A DNA stretch of 64,000 bases from Vicinamibacteria bacterium (GTDB taxonomy: Bacteria; Acidobacteriota; Vicinamibacteria; Marinacidobacterales; Marinacidobacteraceae). Both the position numbers and the translations under genes were made by a program. Where the stretch lies: the NCBI GenBank assembly GCA_963555995.3, contig OY821641.1:1472001-1536000 (forward strand). The letters run 5' to 3'. The notes under the pieces were generated by a model. It was not told the DNA's origin. It was given only the letters and a program-made list of their open reading frames with translations, and searched no databases. Positions 27,383 through 37,287 of the stretch are shown here, piece after piece. Within the stretch, counting starts at the first letter, position 1. Each line of letters opens with the position of its first letter.

Positions 27383-29760
27383 GCGCCCGGCGCGACGTGA
27401 ACTCGATGGAGCGCGCGCTCCATCGCTGGGACGGGACCACTTCCCGGCGCGACTTCCTCAAGTCCTCGGGACTCTTCGTCTTCGGCCTGAGCGCCCTGGG
27501 CGCGGCCGGCGAGAGCTTCGCGGCTCAGCCGGCGGCCGACGGACCCTATCCCGATCCCGACTTCCTCCAACTCGACTCGTGGCTGGTCGTGCACGCGGAC
27601 GGCAGCGCGACCTTCTACGTCGGCAAGACCGACGGCGGCCAGGGGACCGGCACCGCCACCCGGCAGATGATGTGCGACGAGCTCGACCTCGCCTTCGACC
27701 GGGCCACGGTGGTCATGGGACGCACCGACCGGACCGTGGACCAGGGCGGCTCGGGCGGCTCGGACGCGATCGAGCGCGACGCCATGGTCGGACGCCGGAT
27801 CGCGGCGGAGGCCCGCCGGGTGCTGCTGGAGATGGCGTCCGAGCGTTTCGGCGCACCGGTGGAAGAGTTGCGCGTGAGTGAGGGGGTGATCTCGCTGGAG
27901 GGCGATCCCTCGCGGACGGTCACCTACGGCGAGCTGATCGGCGGACGGCGCTTCGACGTCGCGCTGACCGGCGCGAACATCAACGAGACCGCCGGCGTCG
28001 CGAGCATCAAGCCGGTGCAGGATCTGAAACTCGTCGGCCAGTCCATCCCGCGCTACGACATCCCCGCCAAGGTGGACGGATCGTTCGAGTGGGCCGTCGA
28101 CGTCAACCTCCCGGGGATGGTCCATGCCCGGAACGTGCGCCCACCCTTCGCCGGGGCCACGCTCACCGGCGTTGACGAGTCCTCGGTGAGCGGGATGCCC
28201 GGCTTCCTCCGGGTGGTCCGCGAGGGGAACTACGTGGCGGTGGTGTGCGAGCGCGAGGAGCAGGCGATCGAGGCCGCGGAAGGTCTGGCGGTCACCTGGG
28301 AGAAGCCCGCCACGGCGCCGTTCCCGGCAGCGGACGACCTCTTCGACTACCTGCGGAGCGCGGAGCCGGAGCCCAACCCGGGCGGCCGCTGGGCGGCGGA
28401 GGTCGAGGGTGATCCCGACGGGGCGCTGGCGAGCGCGGCGACCGTGGTAGAGGCCGCCTACGACGTCCCCTTCCAGGGGCACACCGCGATCGGACCCGCC
28501 CACGCGCTGGCCGATCCGTCGGACGGCCAGATGACGATCTACACGAACGACATGAAGCCGTACAGCCACCGGACCGGGATCGCCGAGTTCCTGGGGATGC
28601 CGCCGGAGCGGGTGCGGGTGATCTGGATGGAGGGCCCACAGCTCTACGGGCGCACCGCGGCGGACGACGCCGGCTTCGAGGCTGCCTACCTGGCGAAGGA
28701 ACTGGGGCGCCCCGTTCGGGTCCAGTGGATGCGGCACGAGGAGACGGCGTGGGACACCAAGGGGCCCGCCTTCGCCATGGATCTCCGGGGGGGACTCGAT
28801 GCGGACGGCAACCTGGTCGCGCTGGACTACCAGGGCCGGATCGCCAACTACGCGCACGTCGGCTACAACCAGGCCCGGACCGTGCTCATCGCGCAACTGA
28901 TGGGCCTCCGGCCCGAGCGTCCGGCGCCCGGGGGCGCCGGCGGACCGGACGCCATGTACCACGTCCCGAACCGGCGCGAGGAGACGCGGGCGGTCCGCCT
29001 CCCGCTGGTCTTCGAGACGCCGCTCCGCACCGGCAACCTCCGCGACCCGAACGGCCCGCAGATCACCTTCGCCGCGGAGTCGTTCGTGGACGAACTCGCG
29101 GCGGCCGCCGACGCCGATCCCGTCGAGTTCCGGCTACGCCTCCTCCGGCGCGCCACGGACGACGACGAGATCTTCCGGCGGGCGCGCTCGATCGCGGTGG
29201 TCGAGGCGGCCGCCAAGGCCTACGGCTGGGATGCCCGGCCGTCACCCGCGAGGGTGGGCAGCGGACGCCTGCTCACCGGACGGGGCATCGCCTACGCCTA
29301 CCGCGCCCGCACCACCGTCGCCGTCATCGCCGAGGTCGAGGTGGACCGCGAGACCGGGCAGGTGCGGGTCCCGCGCATGGTCTGCGCCCACGACTGCGGC
29401 CTCGTGATCAACCCGGACGGCCTCGAGAACACCATCCAGGGGAACCTGCTGCACGGCATCAGCCGGACCCTCTACGAGGAGGTCCGGTTCGACACCGAGA
29501 AGGTCACGAGCGTCGACTGGCGGACGCACCCGACCCTCACCCACCGGGACGCCCCCGAGCGCATTGACGTCGTAGTGGTGAACGGCGACCCGAACCCCGA
29601 CCGCCCCGACCTCCGCCCCTACGGCGCCGGAGAACCCTCCCACAAGCCGGTCCCCGCGGCCATCGCCAACGCCGTCCACGACGCCACGGGCGTCCGGATG
29701 CGCCGCCTCCCCCTCCGCCCCGAGCGCGTCCTGGCAGAGCTGCAAGCCGCCGGGGTCTAA
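27379..29760 (+). CDS. Molybdopterin-binding large subunit (IorB/NdhB-like), Tat-exported
   Basis: Tat motif SRRDFLK, GQGTGT, AHDCGLVINPDG, GAGEP, AIANAVHDATGVRMRRLP. ATGA overlap with the small subunit. Confidence 0.9.
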   Translation: MSARRDVNSMERALHRWDGTTSRRDFLKSSGLFVFGLSALGAAGESFAAQPAADGPYPDPDFLQLDSWLVVHADGSATFYVGKTDGGQGTGTATRQMMCDELDLAFDRATVVMGRTDRTVDQGGSGGSDAIERDAMVGRRIAAEARRVLLEMASERFGAPVEELRVSEGVISLEGDPSRTVTYGELIGGRRFDVALTGANINETAGVASIKPVQDLKLVGQSIPRYDIPAKVDGSFEWAVDVNLPGMVHARNVRPPFAGATLTGVDESSVSGMPGFLRVVREGNYVAVVCEREEQAIEAAEGLAVTWEKPATAPFPAADDLFDYLRSAEPEPNPGGRWAAEVEGDPDGALASAATVVEAAYDVPFQGHTAIGPAHALADPSDGQMTIYTNDMKPYSHRTGIAEFLGMPPERVRVIWMEGPQLYGRTAADDAGFEAAYLAKELGRPVRVQWMRHEETAWDTKGPAFAMDLRGGLDADGNLVALDYQGRIANYAHVGYNQARTVLIAQLMGLRPERPAPGGAGGPDAMYHVPNRREETRAVRLPLVFETPLRTGNLRDPNGPQITFAAESFVDELAAAADADPVEFRLRLLRRATDDDEIFRRARSIAVVEAAAKAYGWDARPSPARVGSGRLLTGRGIAYAYRARTTVAVIAEVEVDRETGQVRVPRMVCAHDCGLVINPDGLENTIQGNLLHGISRTLYEEVRFDTEKVTSVDWRTHPTLTHRDAPERIDVVVVNGDPNPDRPDLRPYGAGEPSHKPVPAAIANAVHDATGVRMRRLPLRPERVLAELQAAGV

Positions 29761-29769
29761 CTGCCCGAG

Positions 29770-29893
29770 GGACCGCCGGTCTTCAGACCGGCACGCGGGC
29801 CGGAGGCCCGCAGAGCGCGTAGGGCCGTTTGGCCCCATGGCGCGTACGGCTTGGAACGCCGGCTTCAGCCGGCGCCGCGGTCCGCAGGGCCGC
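29770..29893 (+). repeat. Two direct family A units
   Basis: ggaccgccggtcttcagaccggcacgcgggccggaggcccgc and ggcttggaacgccggcttcagccggcgccgcggtccgcagggccgc. Confidence 0.75.
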
Positions 29894-29952
29894 GAAACCG
29901 CATACCGCCGACCAGCGACGGGCGCGGCGCGTAGCCCGGAGCGTCCGGACCC

Positions 29953-31335
29953 TCAGCGGTAGCCGCGCGCTTCGAGCGCGGCGCCGAGCTCCGCCGAAAC
30001 GTCCGGATCGGGCGCGCCGCCCCCCTCGTTCTCCTGCCGCCACGCCACCGTCTGGATCCGCCGGGTCTCCAGTTGCGCCTTCAAGGGCTCCATCGAAAAC
30101 CGCGCCTGCTCGTAGACGTTCTCGGCCTCGTTGGGATCCCGGACGAGGTTGAACAGCGCGAACAGGGGGGCCTCGTGGCCGGGAACCGGGATGCGCAGCA
30201 TCCGCAGCCGGCCGTCATAGACGCCGAACAGCCCGCGTTCAGACTGCGCGTAGAGCCGTCGGTGGGGGCGTGGGTCGTCACCGAGCAGCGCCGGGACGAG
30301 GGACTTGCTGATCGTCCCCATCGGCAGGGTGTCCGCGGGCGGCACCCCGATCAGTTCGAGGGCGGTGGGGCCGATGTCGCCGAGGCCCACCGCCGATCCG
30401 AAACGCGTCTCGGCGGGGACCCGCGTTCCGTCCCCGCCGGGCCAGCCGACCAGCAGCGGCACTTCGAGCGTCTCCCGGAACAGGGTGCGCGGGGACTCGA
30501 AGGGCGGGCCGTGTTCCCCGAGCGACTCGCCGTGCAACCCGGCGACCACGAAGAGCGTCCTGCCTCGCAGCGGACCGGACGCCACGCTCGCGAGCAAGGC
30601 GCCGGCCGCGCGGTCCACCGAGCGGATGGAGGCGTCATAGCTGTCCACCAGTTCCCCGTAGCCGGCGCCGGGGGCGACCGCCGCGGTCGGTTGGAGCCCG
30701 CCGCGAAACCGCGGGCCGGCGGGGGTCATCTCGTCGCTGCGGACCGCGTTCAGGTCCTCTTCCGGCGGCTGATGCGGGCGGGCGGGCGCGGCGAAGTGGA
30801 GCCAAAGGAACAGGGGGGCGTCCTCGGTGGTGGTCCCCAGCGTCCCAAGTCCGAAGTCCCGTACCGCATCGGTGCCGGTGGCCGCATCGCCCCAGTACTC
30901 CCGGAACTCGTCGAAACCGCTCCCGAAGCCGAGTTCGGCGGCGAGGGCGGGATGGCTGACCGCGGCGAGGGTCCGGTAGCCGTGCTCGCGTAACCGTGCC
31001 GCGAGCGTGGCCCCCTCGATCAGCCGCGCGGGCTCTCCCCGGGTGCTCCGACTCGGGTCCACCCCGGTGAGAAGCGCCGCCGCGGCCCGCCCGGTCTCGG
31101 GCCAGGGCGTCAGCGCTTCGAGGAACACCGCACCCGACGCACCGAAGAGGTCCAGGTTCGGACTGATGTTGCGCGGATAGCCGTAGATCCCGAGGTGGTC
31201 GGCACGCAGCGAGGAGACGGTGATCAGCACGAGGTTGGACCGCTCGGTGGGGACCTGCGGTCCTGAATCGCCGCACGCGGCCGCGGTAAGGGCGGCCAGC
31301 GCTCCCGCGGCGAGGCGGTTGGGCCAGCCGTTCAT
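29953..31335 (-). CDS. Sulfatase-like lipoprotein with degenerate active site
   Basis: Lipobox LTAAAC, NLVLITVSSLRADHLGIYGY, PLFLWLHF, YDASIRSVD, LHGESLGEHG, LFNLVRDPNE. Confidence 0.75.
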   Translation of the reverse strand: MNGWPNRLAAGALAALTAAACGDSGPQVPTERSNLVLITVSSLRADHLGIYGYPRNISPNLDLFGASGAVFLEALTPWPETGRAAAALLTGVDPSRSTRGEPARLIEGATLAARLREHGYRTLAAVSHPALAAELGFGSGFDEFREYWGDAATGTDAVRDFGLGTLGTTTEDAPLFLWLHFAAPARPHQPPEEDLNAVRSDEMTPAGPRFRGGLQPTAAVAPGAGYGELVDSYDASIRSVDRAAGALLASVASGPLRGRTLFVVAGLHGESLGEHGPPFESPRTLFRETLEVPLLVGWPGGDGTRVPAETRFGSAVGLGDIGPTALELIGVPPADTLPMGTISKSLVPALLGDDPRPHRRLYAQSERGLFGVYDGRLRMLRIPVPGHEAPLFALFNLVRDPNEAENVYEQARFSMEPLKAQLETRRIQTVAWRQENEGGGAPDPDVSAELGAALEARGYR

Positions 31336-31787
31336 CGACCCTCCGCCCCGCCCCGGATCTCGATGCGGCGGGCCCCGTTCGCTTCCCGGAGCAGACGCAC
31401 CCGCGTGGCGTCGGCGCGCCGGTAGGGTCCGAGCCGTTCCGGCCACTCGACGATCACCACCGCGTCTTCCTCCTCCATCTCCTCGATGCCGAGTTCCCGG
31501 AGTTCCTCGGGTCGCTCGATGCGGTAGAGGTCCAGGTGGTACACCGGGCGGGTGCCCTCGCCGTAGCGGGACACCAGGGCGAAGGTCGGGCTGGTGACCT
31601 GGCGGGGGTCCACGCCGTAGTGGCGTGCGAGTCCCTTGGCGAACACGGTCTTCCCGGCGCCCAGGTCCCCCTCGAGATAGAAGGCGCGGCAACCGGGTTC
31701 GCGGGCCGCGAGGCGGGCGCCCGCTTCGAGGGTGTCCTCCGGACTGCGGCTGGCGACGGAGTCGGCCGCCCCCGGCGCAGCCCTCAC
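31332..31787 (-). CDS. tsaE: tRNA threonylcarbamoyladenosine biosynthesis ATPase TsaE
   Basis: LEGDLGAGKT, VTSPTF, YHLDLYRI, IVEWPER; follows nnr. Confidence 0.92.
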   Translation of the reverse strand: MRAAPGAADSVASRSPEDTLEAGARLAAREPGCRAFYLEGDLGAGKTVFAKGLARHYGVDPRQVTSPTFALVSRYGEGTRPVYHLDLYRIERPEELRELGIEEMEEEDAVVIVEWPERLGPYRRADATRVRLLREANGARRIEIRGGAEGR

Positions 31788-33358
31788 CGGGACGCCTCCC
31801 GGCGCAACCGGCGCACCGCCTTGCCGAGGTGGGCGGCCACGCCGGACGCGGTGACGGCGTCTTCGCCGCTGCTCGCGCGGGCTTCTTCCCCGGCGAGTCC
31901 GTGCAGGAAGACGCCCGCGGAGAGCGCTTCGAGCGGGGCCAGGCGGCGGGCGAGCAGCGCTCCCACCACTCCGGTGAGGACGTCCCCGGAGCCGCCCGCG
32001 GCGAGTTCGGGTCCGCCGGAACGGTTCACGAAGACGGCGCCGCGCGGGTCGGCGACGAGGGTCCCCGGTCCCTTGAGGGCGACCGCCGCTTCGGTCTCCC
32101 GGGCGAGGCGCCGGGCCGATTGCAAGCGGTCCTCCTGGACCTCCGCGCTCGTCACGCCGAGCAACCGCGCGGCTTCGCCCGGATGGGGCGTCAGCGCGAG
32201 TCCCGCCCGTGGGGCGAGGCGCGCGGCCTGGCCGGCCCACGCGTTCAGCCCGTCGGCGTCGAGCACGAGCGGCAGCGAAGTCGTGAGGACGATCCGGCGC
32301 ACCGCCTCCTTTGTCTCCTCCCGGTTGCCGAGTCCGGGCCCGAGCGCGATCGCATCGCCGGCGAACCGTGCGATTTCCGGCACGCCGTCGAGCGAGATCT
32401 CCCCGTCGCCGGAAGCGGGCAGGGGGAGCCGCATCGCTTCGGGCGGCAACCCCGTCAGCCCGTCGGCCGGCCCCGCCACGGTCAGCAGCCCGACACCCGC
32501 CGAGAGGGCGCCCTGCGCCGCCAGCGCCGCCGCTCCGGGCATGCGCCGGGAGCCCGCCACGAGCAGCAGACGGCCGAGCTGCCCCTTGTGAACGCCGGGC
32601 GCCCGAGCGGGGAAGAACGGGGCCACCCGGCGTTCGTCGTTGGTCCGGACCCCCCCGGTGCCGGCGTTCAGCCAGACCCGCGGGATCCCGATCTCGGCCA
32701 CCCGGATGTCCCCGCAGGCGGCGCTCGCCGGATAGACGAAGTGGCAGATCTTCGGCGCCGCGAGCGCCACCGTGAGATCGGCGCGAAAGCAGAGGTCGGG
32801 CGCCGACCCCGTATCGGCGGAGAGGCCGGTCGGGATGTCCACCGCGATCCGGACCGCATCCCGGAACTTCCCGACGTGATCCAGATCGGCGATCACCCGG
32901 GCGGCAAGCCCCCGGAGCGGGCCGGAACTCCCCGTCCCCAGGATGGCGTCCACGATGACCCCGGGACGGGGGGCGGCAAGGCCGTCGGGACCGGTCTGCC
33001 GGAGCGCCCATTCCCAGGTGGCTTCGTCGGGGCAGGGAACGACGTGGAGCGCGAGCTGCATCGCCGTGTCGTAGTTCGCCTTCGTCTCGCCGGTGAGCCG
33101 TTCCGGGTCGGCCAGCAGCACCGCGGTGCCCCGCAGTCCGCGCGCCGCCAGCGCCCGCAGCGCCACCAGGCCGTCGCCTCCGTTGCCGCCCCGTCCGCAG
33201 AGGATGAGGGTCCGCCGGCCGCTCGCGCCCGCCTCGGCGGCGACCACGTCGGCAACCGCCCGTCCCGCGTTCTCCATCAGGACGCGCGCCGGAACCCCGG
33301 CTTCCTTGATGGTGTGGCGGTCCGCGTCGCGCATCTGCTGCGCGGTCAGTACGTCCAT
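31784..33358 (-). CDS. nnr: Bifunctional NAD(P)HX epimerase/dehydratase
   Basis: LMENAGRAVA, GRGGNGGDG, DAILGTG, HKGQLG, DADGLN, TPHPGEAARL, GGSGDVLTG. Confidence 0.92.
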   Translation of the reverse strand: MDVLTAQQMRDADRHTIKEAGVPARVLMENAGRAVADVVAAEAGASGRRTLILCGRGGNGGDGLVALRALAARGLRGTAVLLADPERLTGETKANYDTAMQLALHVVPCPDEATWEWALRQTGPDGLAAPRPGVIVDAILGTGSSGPLRGLAARVIADLDHVGKFRDAVRIAVDIPTGLSADTGSAPDLCFRADLTVALAAPKICHFVYPASAACGDIRVAEIGIPRVWLNAGTGGVRTNDERRVAPFFPARAPGVHKGQLGRLLLVAGSRRMPGAAALAAQGALSAGVGLLTVAGPADGLTGLPPEAMRLPLPASGDGEISLDGVPEIARFAGDAIALGPGLGNREETKEAVRRIVLTTSLPLVLDADGLNAWAGQAARLAPRAGLALTPHPGEAARLLGVTSAEVQEDRLQSARRLARETEAAVALKGPGTLVADPRGAVFVNRSGGPELAAGGSGDVLTGVVGALLARRLAPLEALSAGVFLHGLAGEEARASSGEDAVTASGVAAHLGKAVRRLRREASR

Positions 33359-33409
33359 GACGTTCATTGTAGGAAAGGGGCCGGACCCGCCCCGCGTACC
33401 CTTTCCCCG

Positions 33410-34381
33410 GTGACTCTCTACTTTCCGGAAGCGCTCGTGCGCGAGGCCCTTCCCATGCGGGACGCCCTGGACGCGGTCGAGGCGGTGTTCCGGGAACTCG
33501 GCGAGGGGGGAGCCCAGAACCGGCCCCGGCAGCGGGTCCGGGTCCCGGGACGGATGCTGCACACGATGAGCGCCTCGAGCGCCGCGCTCGGGTATCTGGG
33601 CCTGAAGGCCTACCTGACGGGCCGGGACGGCATGCGCTTCGTGCTCCTCCTCTTCGACCAGGCGACCGGATCGCTCGCCGCCGTCATGGAAGCCGACGCC
33701 CTGGGACAGATCCGGACCGGCGCCGCCACCGGGGTCGCGGCGGACTATCTGGCCGCTCCCGGCGCGTCCAGCGCGGGGATCGTGGGGTGCGGGTACCAGG
33801 CCGAAACGCAGTTGGAAGCCCTCGCGCTGGTCCGGCCGCTCACCCGGGTGGAGGCGTTTTGCCGAAATCCGGAACGGCGAGCCCGGTTCGCGCGGAAGAT
33901 GTCCGGCCGGCTCGGCGTGGAGGTGGTCCCGGTGGCCAGCGGAGAGGCGGCGGTCCGCGGCAAGCCCATCGTGGTCGCGGTCACCAGCGCCGCCGAGCCG
34001 GTCGTCCGGGGGGAATGGCTTGCCCCGGACGCGTTCGTGGCGGCGGCGGGAGGAAACGCGCTCGGGCGGCGCGAACTCGACGGGGCCGCGGTGCGCCGCG
34101 CCGGCCGGGTCGTGGTGGACGACCGGGAGCAGGCGCGGATCGAGTGCGGCGACCTGGCGCCTCTCGTCGCCGCCGGGGAGTTGCGGTGGGACGACCTGGA
34201 GACGATCGGCGAGGTGGTGGCGGACGGGAAGGGGGGTGCGCGATCCGGGTCCGTCCTGTTCGAATCCCAGGGGATTGCGGCCGAGGACATCGCGGTGGCG
34301 GCGCTGGTGGTTGAGCGCGCAAACGCCGATGCGGCGCCGTTTCCCGGCGGCGGGGAGGAACCGGATAGAATCGCGCCATGA
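33410..34381 (+). CDS. Ornithine cyclodeaminase/mu-crystallin family protein
   Basis: RTGAATGVAA, GCGYQA, LFESQGIAAEDIAVA. GTG start inferred. Confidence 0.85.
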   Translation: MTLYFPEALVREALPMRDALDAVEAVFRELGEGGAQNRPRQRVRVPGRMLHTMSASSAALGYLGLKAYLTGRDGMRFVLLLFDQATGSLAAVMEADALGQIRTGAATGVAADYLAAPGASSAGIVGCGYQAETQLEALALVRPLTRVEAFCRNPERRARFARKMSGRLGVEVVPVASGEAAVRGKPIVVAVTSAAEPVVRGEWLAPDAFVAAAGGNALGRRELDGAAVRRAGRVVVDDREQARIECGDLAPLVAAGELRWDDLETIGEVVADGKGGARSGSVLFESQGIAAEDIAVAALVVERANADAAPFPGGGEEPDRIAP

Positions 34382-34605
34382 CTTCCTTCCTGTGGGTTCC
34401 GGTCCTCTTGGTCGGCCCTTTCGGCGCGACGGAACTCCTGATCATCCTGGGGATCGTCATTCTCATCTTCGGCGGTTCGCGTCTACCCCAGCTCGGGAAG
34501 GGTCTCGGAGCGGGGATCAGGAACTTCCGGAACTCCATGAAGAGCGTCACCAACCCGGACGCTGGCTCCGAGGGTGGCGACTCCTCCTCCAAGGAAGACG
34601 ACTGA
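34378..34605 (+). CDS. tatA: Twin-arginine translocase TatA/TatE
   Basis: GATELLIILGIVILIFGGSRLPQLGKGLGAGIRNFR. Confidence 0.92.
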   Translation: MTSFLWVPVLLVGPFGATELLIILGIVILIFGGSRLPQLGKGLGAGIRNFRNSMKSVTNPDAGSEGGDSSSKEDD

Positions 34606-34625
34606 GTTCGGCGGCGCAGTCACGC

Positions 34626-34796
34626 GCCGGCTTGGAACGCCGGCTTCAGCCGGCACAGCGGCCCGCAGGGTCGCGGGCGGTTCGCCGCTAACCCGGGTGC
34701 ATGGGCGCGCGCAGCCGGACCATCCCGGCGAATGGGTCCGTCCCGCCGCCCGCCTGCGGCGGGCTGTGCCGGCTGAAGCCGGCGTTCCAAGTCGGT
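34626..34796. repeat. Family A REPIN-like inverted pair
   Basis: Homologous over its full length, spacer included, to 1531-1714. The right flank carries the reverse complement of gaaatgcagtcc. Confidence 0.85.
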
Positions 34797-34863
34797 GGCG
34801 CCATCACGGCTCTTGGCCAGTCCCGCAGGACTGCATTTCCACAGCAGCTCGGGCGATGCTCCG

Positions 34864-35943
34864 CTAGACCACGACCCGCAACCCGTCGTGGGCCCGCTCG
34901 AAGGCCAGGCCGGTCGCGCCGAGAATGTTCTCGCCGGTATGCACGAGCAGCACCCGGCGGGCGGTGATCCGGGACGCCGCGTCCTCCAGTTCGCGATGGG
35001 AGGTGTGACCGGGGAGCGCCTCGAGGGACGTGCACTCGTGGATCAGGAGGTCGGCCGCGGCCGACTCGGCGATCAGTTCATCGTTGAAGGCGGTGTCGCC
35101 CGAATAGACGACGGTGCGGCCACCTAACTCGAGTTTCCACGAGAACGCCCAGGCTTCGGGCTGGTGGCGCGCCGCCAGGGCCCGGGCGGAGCCGCCGCCG
35201 AGGGTTGCCGGCAGGCCGACGGTCTCGCCGGGGAGCGCCTCGGTGATCTCTTCCTCGAAACGGAGGGGCAGATCGCGGTAGAGGCACTCCCGGAGGGTCG
35301 CCAGGCGTTCCCGCGCGCCCGGGGGGGCGATGATCCGGAGCGGTTCGCGCCGCCCGTTCCGCATCGCGTCGAGTTCGAGGAACGGGACCCCCCCGTAGTG
35401 GTCTCCGTGGAAGTGGCTCAGCGCCACGGCTCCGAGATCGTCGCTCGTGAGCCCTTCCGCGCGGAGGGCGGCGTGGCAACCCGGCCCGGCGTCCAGGAGG
35501 AGCCCGAGCCCGGAGCCGAGCGCCCGCACGAAGATCGCGGCCTGGCGCCTTCCGCCCGAGCCGAAGGCGTCGCCGGTCCCGAGAAAACGCACTTCGACTC
35601 CCTCACCGGCGCTCCGCGGTCCGGCCGGCCGGGGACTCCGCGCCGCCGCCCGCTGGCATCCCCGGCAGACGAAGGGCCGCCGCCCTTCACCCTCCGCCTT
35701 CGGGTCGAGCGCCCGGTCGCACCGCCGGCAGCACTCGCGCCGGGGCGCGGGAAGCGCCTCCGCATGGCGTTCGAGCATCTCCGCGACGAAGGCCACGATG
35801 CGTTCCCGGTCCCCGGCGGCGAAGAGCCGGGAGTCCTCGAGCGGATCCTCGTCCGGCCGCGGCCGGGCGATCAGGCGGACCTCGACGGTCCGGCCCGAAC
35901 CGTCGTCCTCGTCGGGGTCGGCGAGGATGCGGATCTCGAGCAA
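34864..35943 (-). CDS. MBL-fold metallo-hydrolase (RNase Z/BN-like) with N-terminal Cys-rich extension
   Basis: FLGTGDAFGSGGR, LLDAG, SHFHGDH, YSGDT, IHEC, GHTS, LVH. TTG start at 35943 is inferred, 5 bp after the larE stop. Confidence 0.75.
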   Translation of the reverse strand: MLEIRILADPDEDDGSGRTVEVRLIARPRPDEDPLEDSRLFAAGDRERIVAFVAEMLERHAEALPAPRRECCRRCDRALDPKAEGEGRRPFVCRGCQRAAARSPRPAGPRSAGEGVEVRFLGTGDAFGSGGRRQAAIFVRALGSGLGLLLDAGPGCHAALRAEGLTSDDLGAVALSHFHGDHYGGVPFLELDAMRNGRREPLRIIAPPGARERLATLRECLYRDLPLRFEEEITEALPGETVGLPATLGGGSARALAARHQPEAWAFSWKLELGGRTVVYSGDTAFNDELIAESAAADLLIHECTSLEALPGHTSHRELEDAASRITARRVLLVHTGENILGATGLAFERAHDGLRVVV

Positions 35944-35948
35944 GCGCG

Positions 35949-36791
35949 CTACGCGTGGGCGCCGGGGGAGAGGAAGGCCAGGTCGCGGTCCGGGTCGAAG
36001 GGGGCGGCGAGCCCCGCGGGCCGGTAGCCGCGGAGGTCCACCGCCACCCGGCGGTACCCGAGGCCGAGCAGGCGTTCCGCGAGGCGGCCTCCGACCTCCG
36101 GCCGCAGGGCGCGGTTGATCTGGGCCGGCGGCAGTTCGATGCGGGCGAGGTCCCCGTGGTGGCGGACCCGGAAGGCGGAAAAACCGAACTCCCGGAGCGC
36201 TTCCTCTCCGGCCTCCACCCGGTTCAGGACCCCGGCATCGATCGGAATCGTTCCGGGAACGCGGGAGGCGAGACAGGCGGAAGCCGGTTCCTCGGCCACC
36301 GGCAGGCCCAGTTCGCGGGCCAGCGTCCGGATGGCCGCCTTGCCGATTCCGGCTTCGAGGAACGGTGAGCGAACCCCGTAGAGCGCCGCCGCGCGCCGCC
36401 CCGGCCGGACGTCCCCGACGTCGTCGGCGTTCGTCCCGTCGAGGACCGCGGCGAAGCCGCGCGCGTCGGCGACCTCCCGCAGCAGGCGGTAGAGCTCGTT
36501 CTTGCAGTGAAAGCAGCGATCCGTCCCGTTCCGGCGGTAGTCCGCGGACGCCAGCTCGTCCGTCGCGAGCCATTCGTGGGGCAGGGGATGCGCGCGGAGT
36601 ACCGACTCCACGAGCGTCCGCTGATGGCGGGAGAGGCTGGCGCTCACCCCGGTGACCGCCAGGCTGCGCTCGCCGAGCGCCCGATGGGACAGCACCGCCA
36701 GCGTCGCACTGTCCACACCGCCGCTGAGCGCCACGACCGCCGAACCCTGCGCCTCGATCGCGGCAAGCACCGGGTTCCGCGCCTCAGACAC
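35949..36791 (-). CDS. larE: LarE-family ATP-dependent sulfur transferase
   Basis: PP-loop ALSGGVDS, RCFHCK, DGTNADD..DVRPG, ACLASR, FRVRHHG. Confidence 0.88.
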   Translation of the reverse strand: MSEARNPVLAAIEAQGSAVVALSGGVDSATLAVLSHRALGERSLAVTGVSASLSRHQRTLVESVLRAHPLPHEWLATDELASADYRRNGTDRCFHCKNELYRLLREVADARGFAAVLDGTNADDVGDVRPGRRAAALYGVRSPFLEAGIGKAAIRTLARELGLPVAEEPASACLASRVPGTIPIDAGVLNRVEAGEEALREFGFSAFRVRHHGDLARIELPPAQINRALRPEVGGRLAERLLGLGYRRVAVDLRGYRPAGLAAPFDPDRDLAFLSPGAHA

Positions 36792-37287
36792 CGTCCGCCC
36801 TCCAGTCGCCGCTCGCCCCGCCGCGCTTTTCGAGGAGGCGGACGGGGCCGATCACCATCGCCCGGTCCGCGGCCTTCAGCATGTCGTAAACCGTGAGGGC
36901 GGCCACCGAAGCGGCGGCCAGCGCCTCCATCTCCGCCCCGGTGGAGGCCCGGCAGCGTATCCGGGACACGATGCGGACCCCCGTCTCCTCGAACGCCGCC
37001 GAGACTTCGGCGTGGTCGAGGGGCAGGGGATGACACAGCGGGATCAGGGTGGAGCAGGTCTTCGCCGCCTGAATCCCGGCGAGGCGCGCGGTGTCCAGCA
37101 CGCTGCCCTTGGGTGCGTTTCCGCGGCGCGCCAGCGCGAGCGCCGCCTCCGAGACCTTCACGAAGGCCTCGGCGGCGGCTTCGCGCGAGGTGACGGGCTT
37201 GGCCCCCACGTCCACCATGCGGGGGCTTCCCCCGGAATCCACATGGCTGAGGGTCGCCGGGGACGCCGGGCGCTCACCGGAACTCAT
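36784..37287 (-). CDS. moaC: Cyclic pyranopterin monophosphate synthase
   Basis: MVDVGAK, LIPLCHP, TGAEMEAL, YDMLKA, EKRGG. Confidence 0.95.
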   Translation of the reverse strand: MSSGERPASPATLSHVDSGGSPRMVDVGAKPVTSREAAAEAFVKVSEAALALARRGNAPKGSVLDTARLAGIQAAKTCSTLIPLCHPLPLDHAEVSAAFEETGVRIVSRIRCRASTGAEMEALAAASVAALTVYDMLKAADRAMVIGPVRLLEKRGGASGDWRADGV

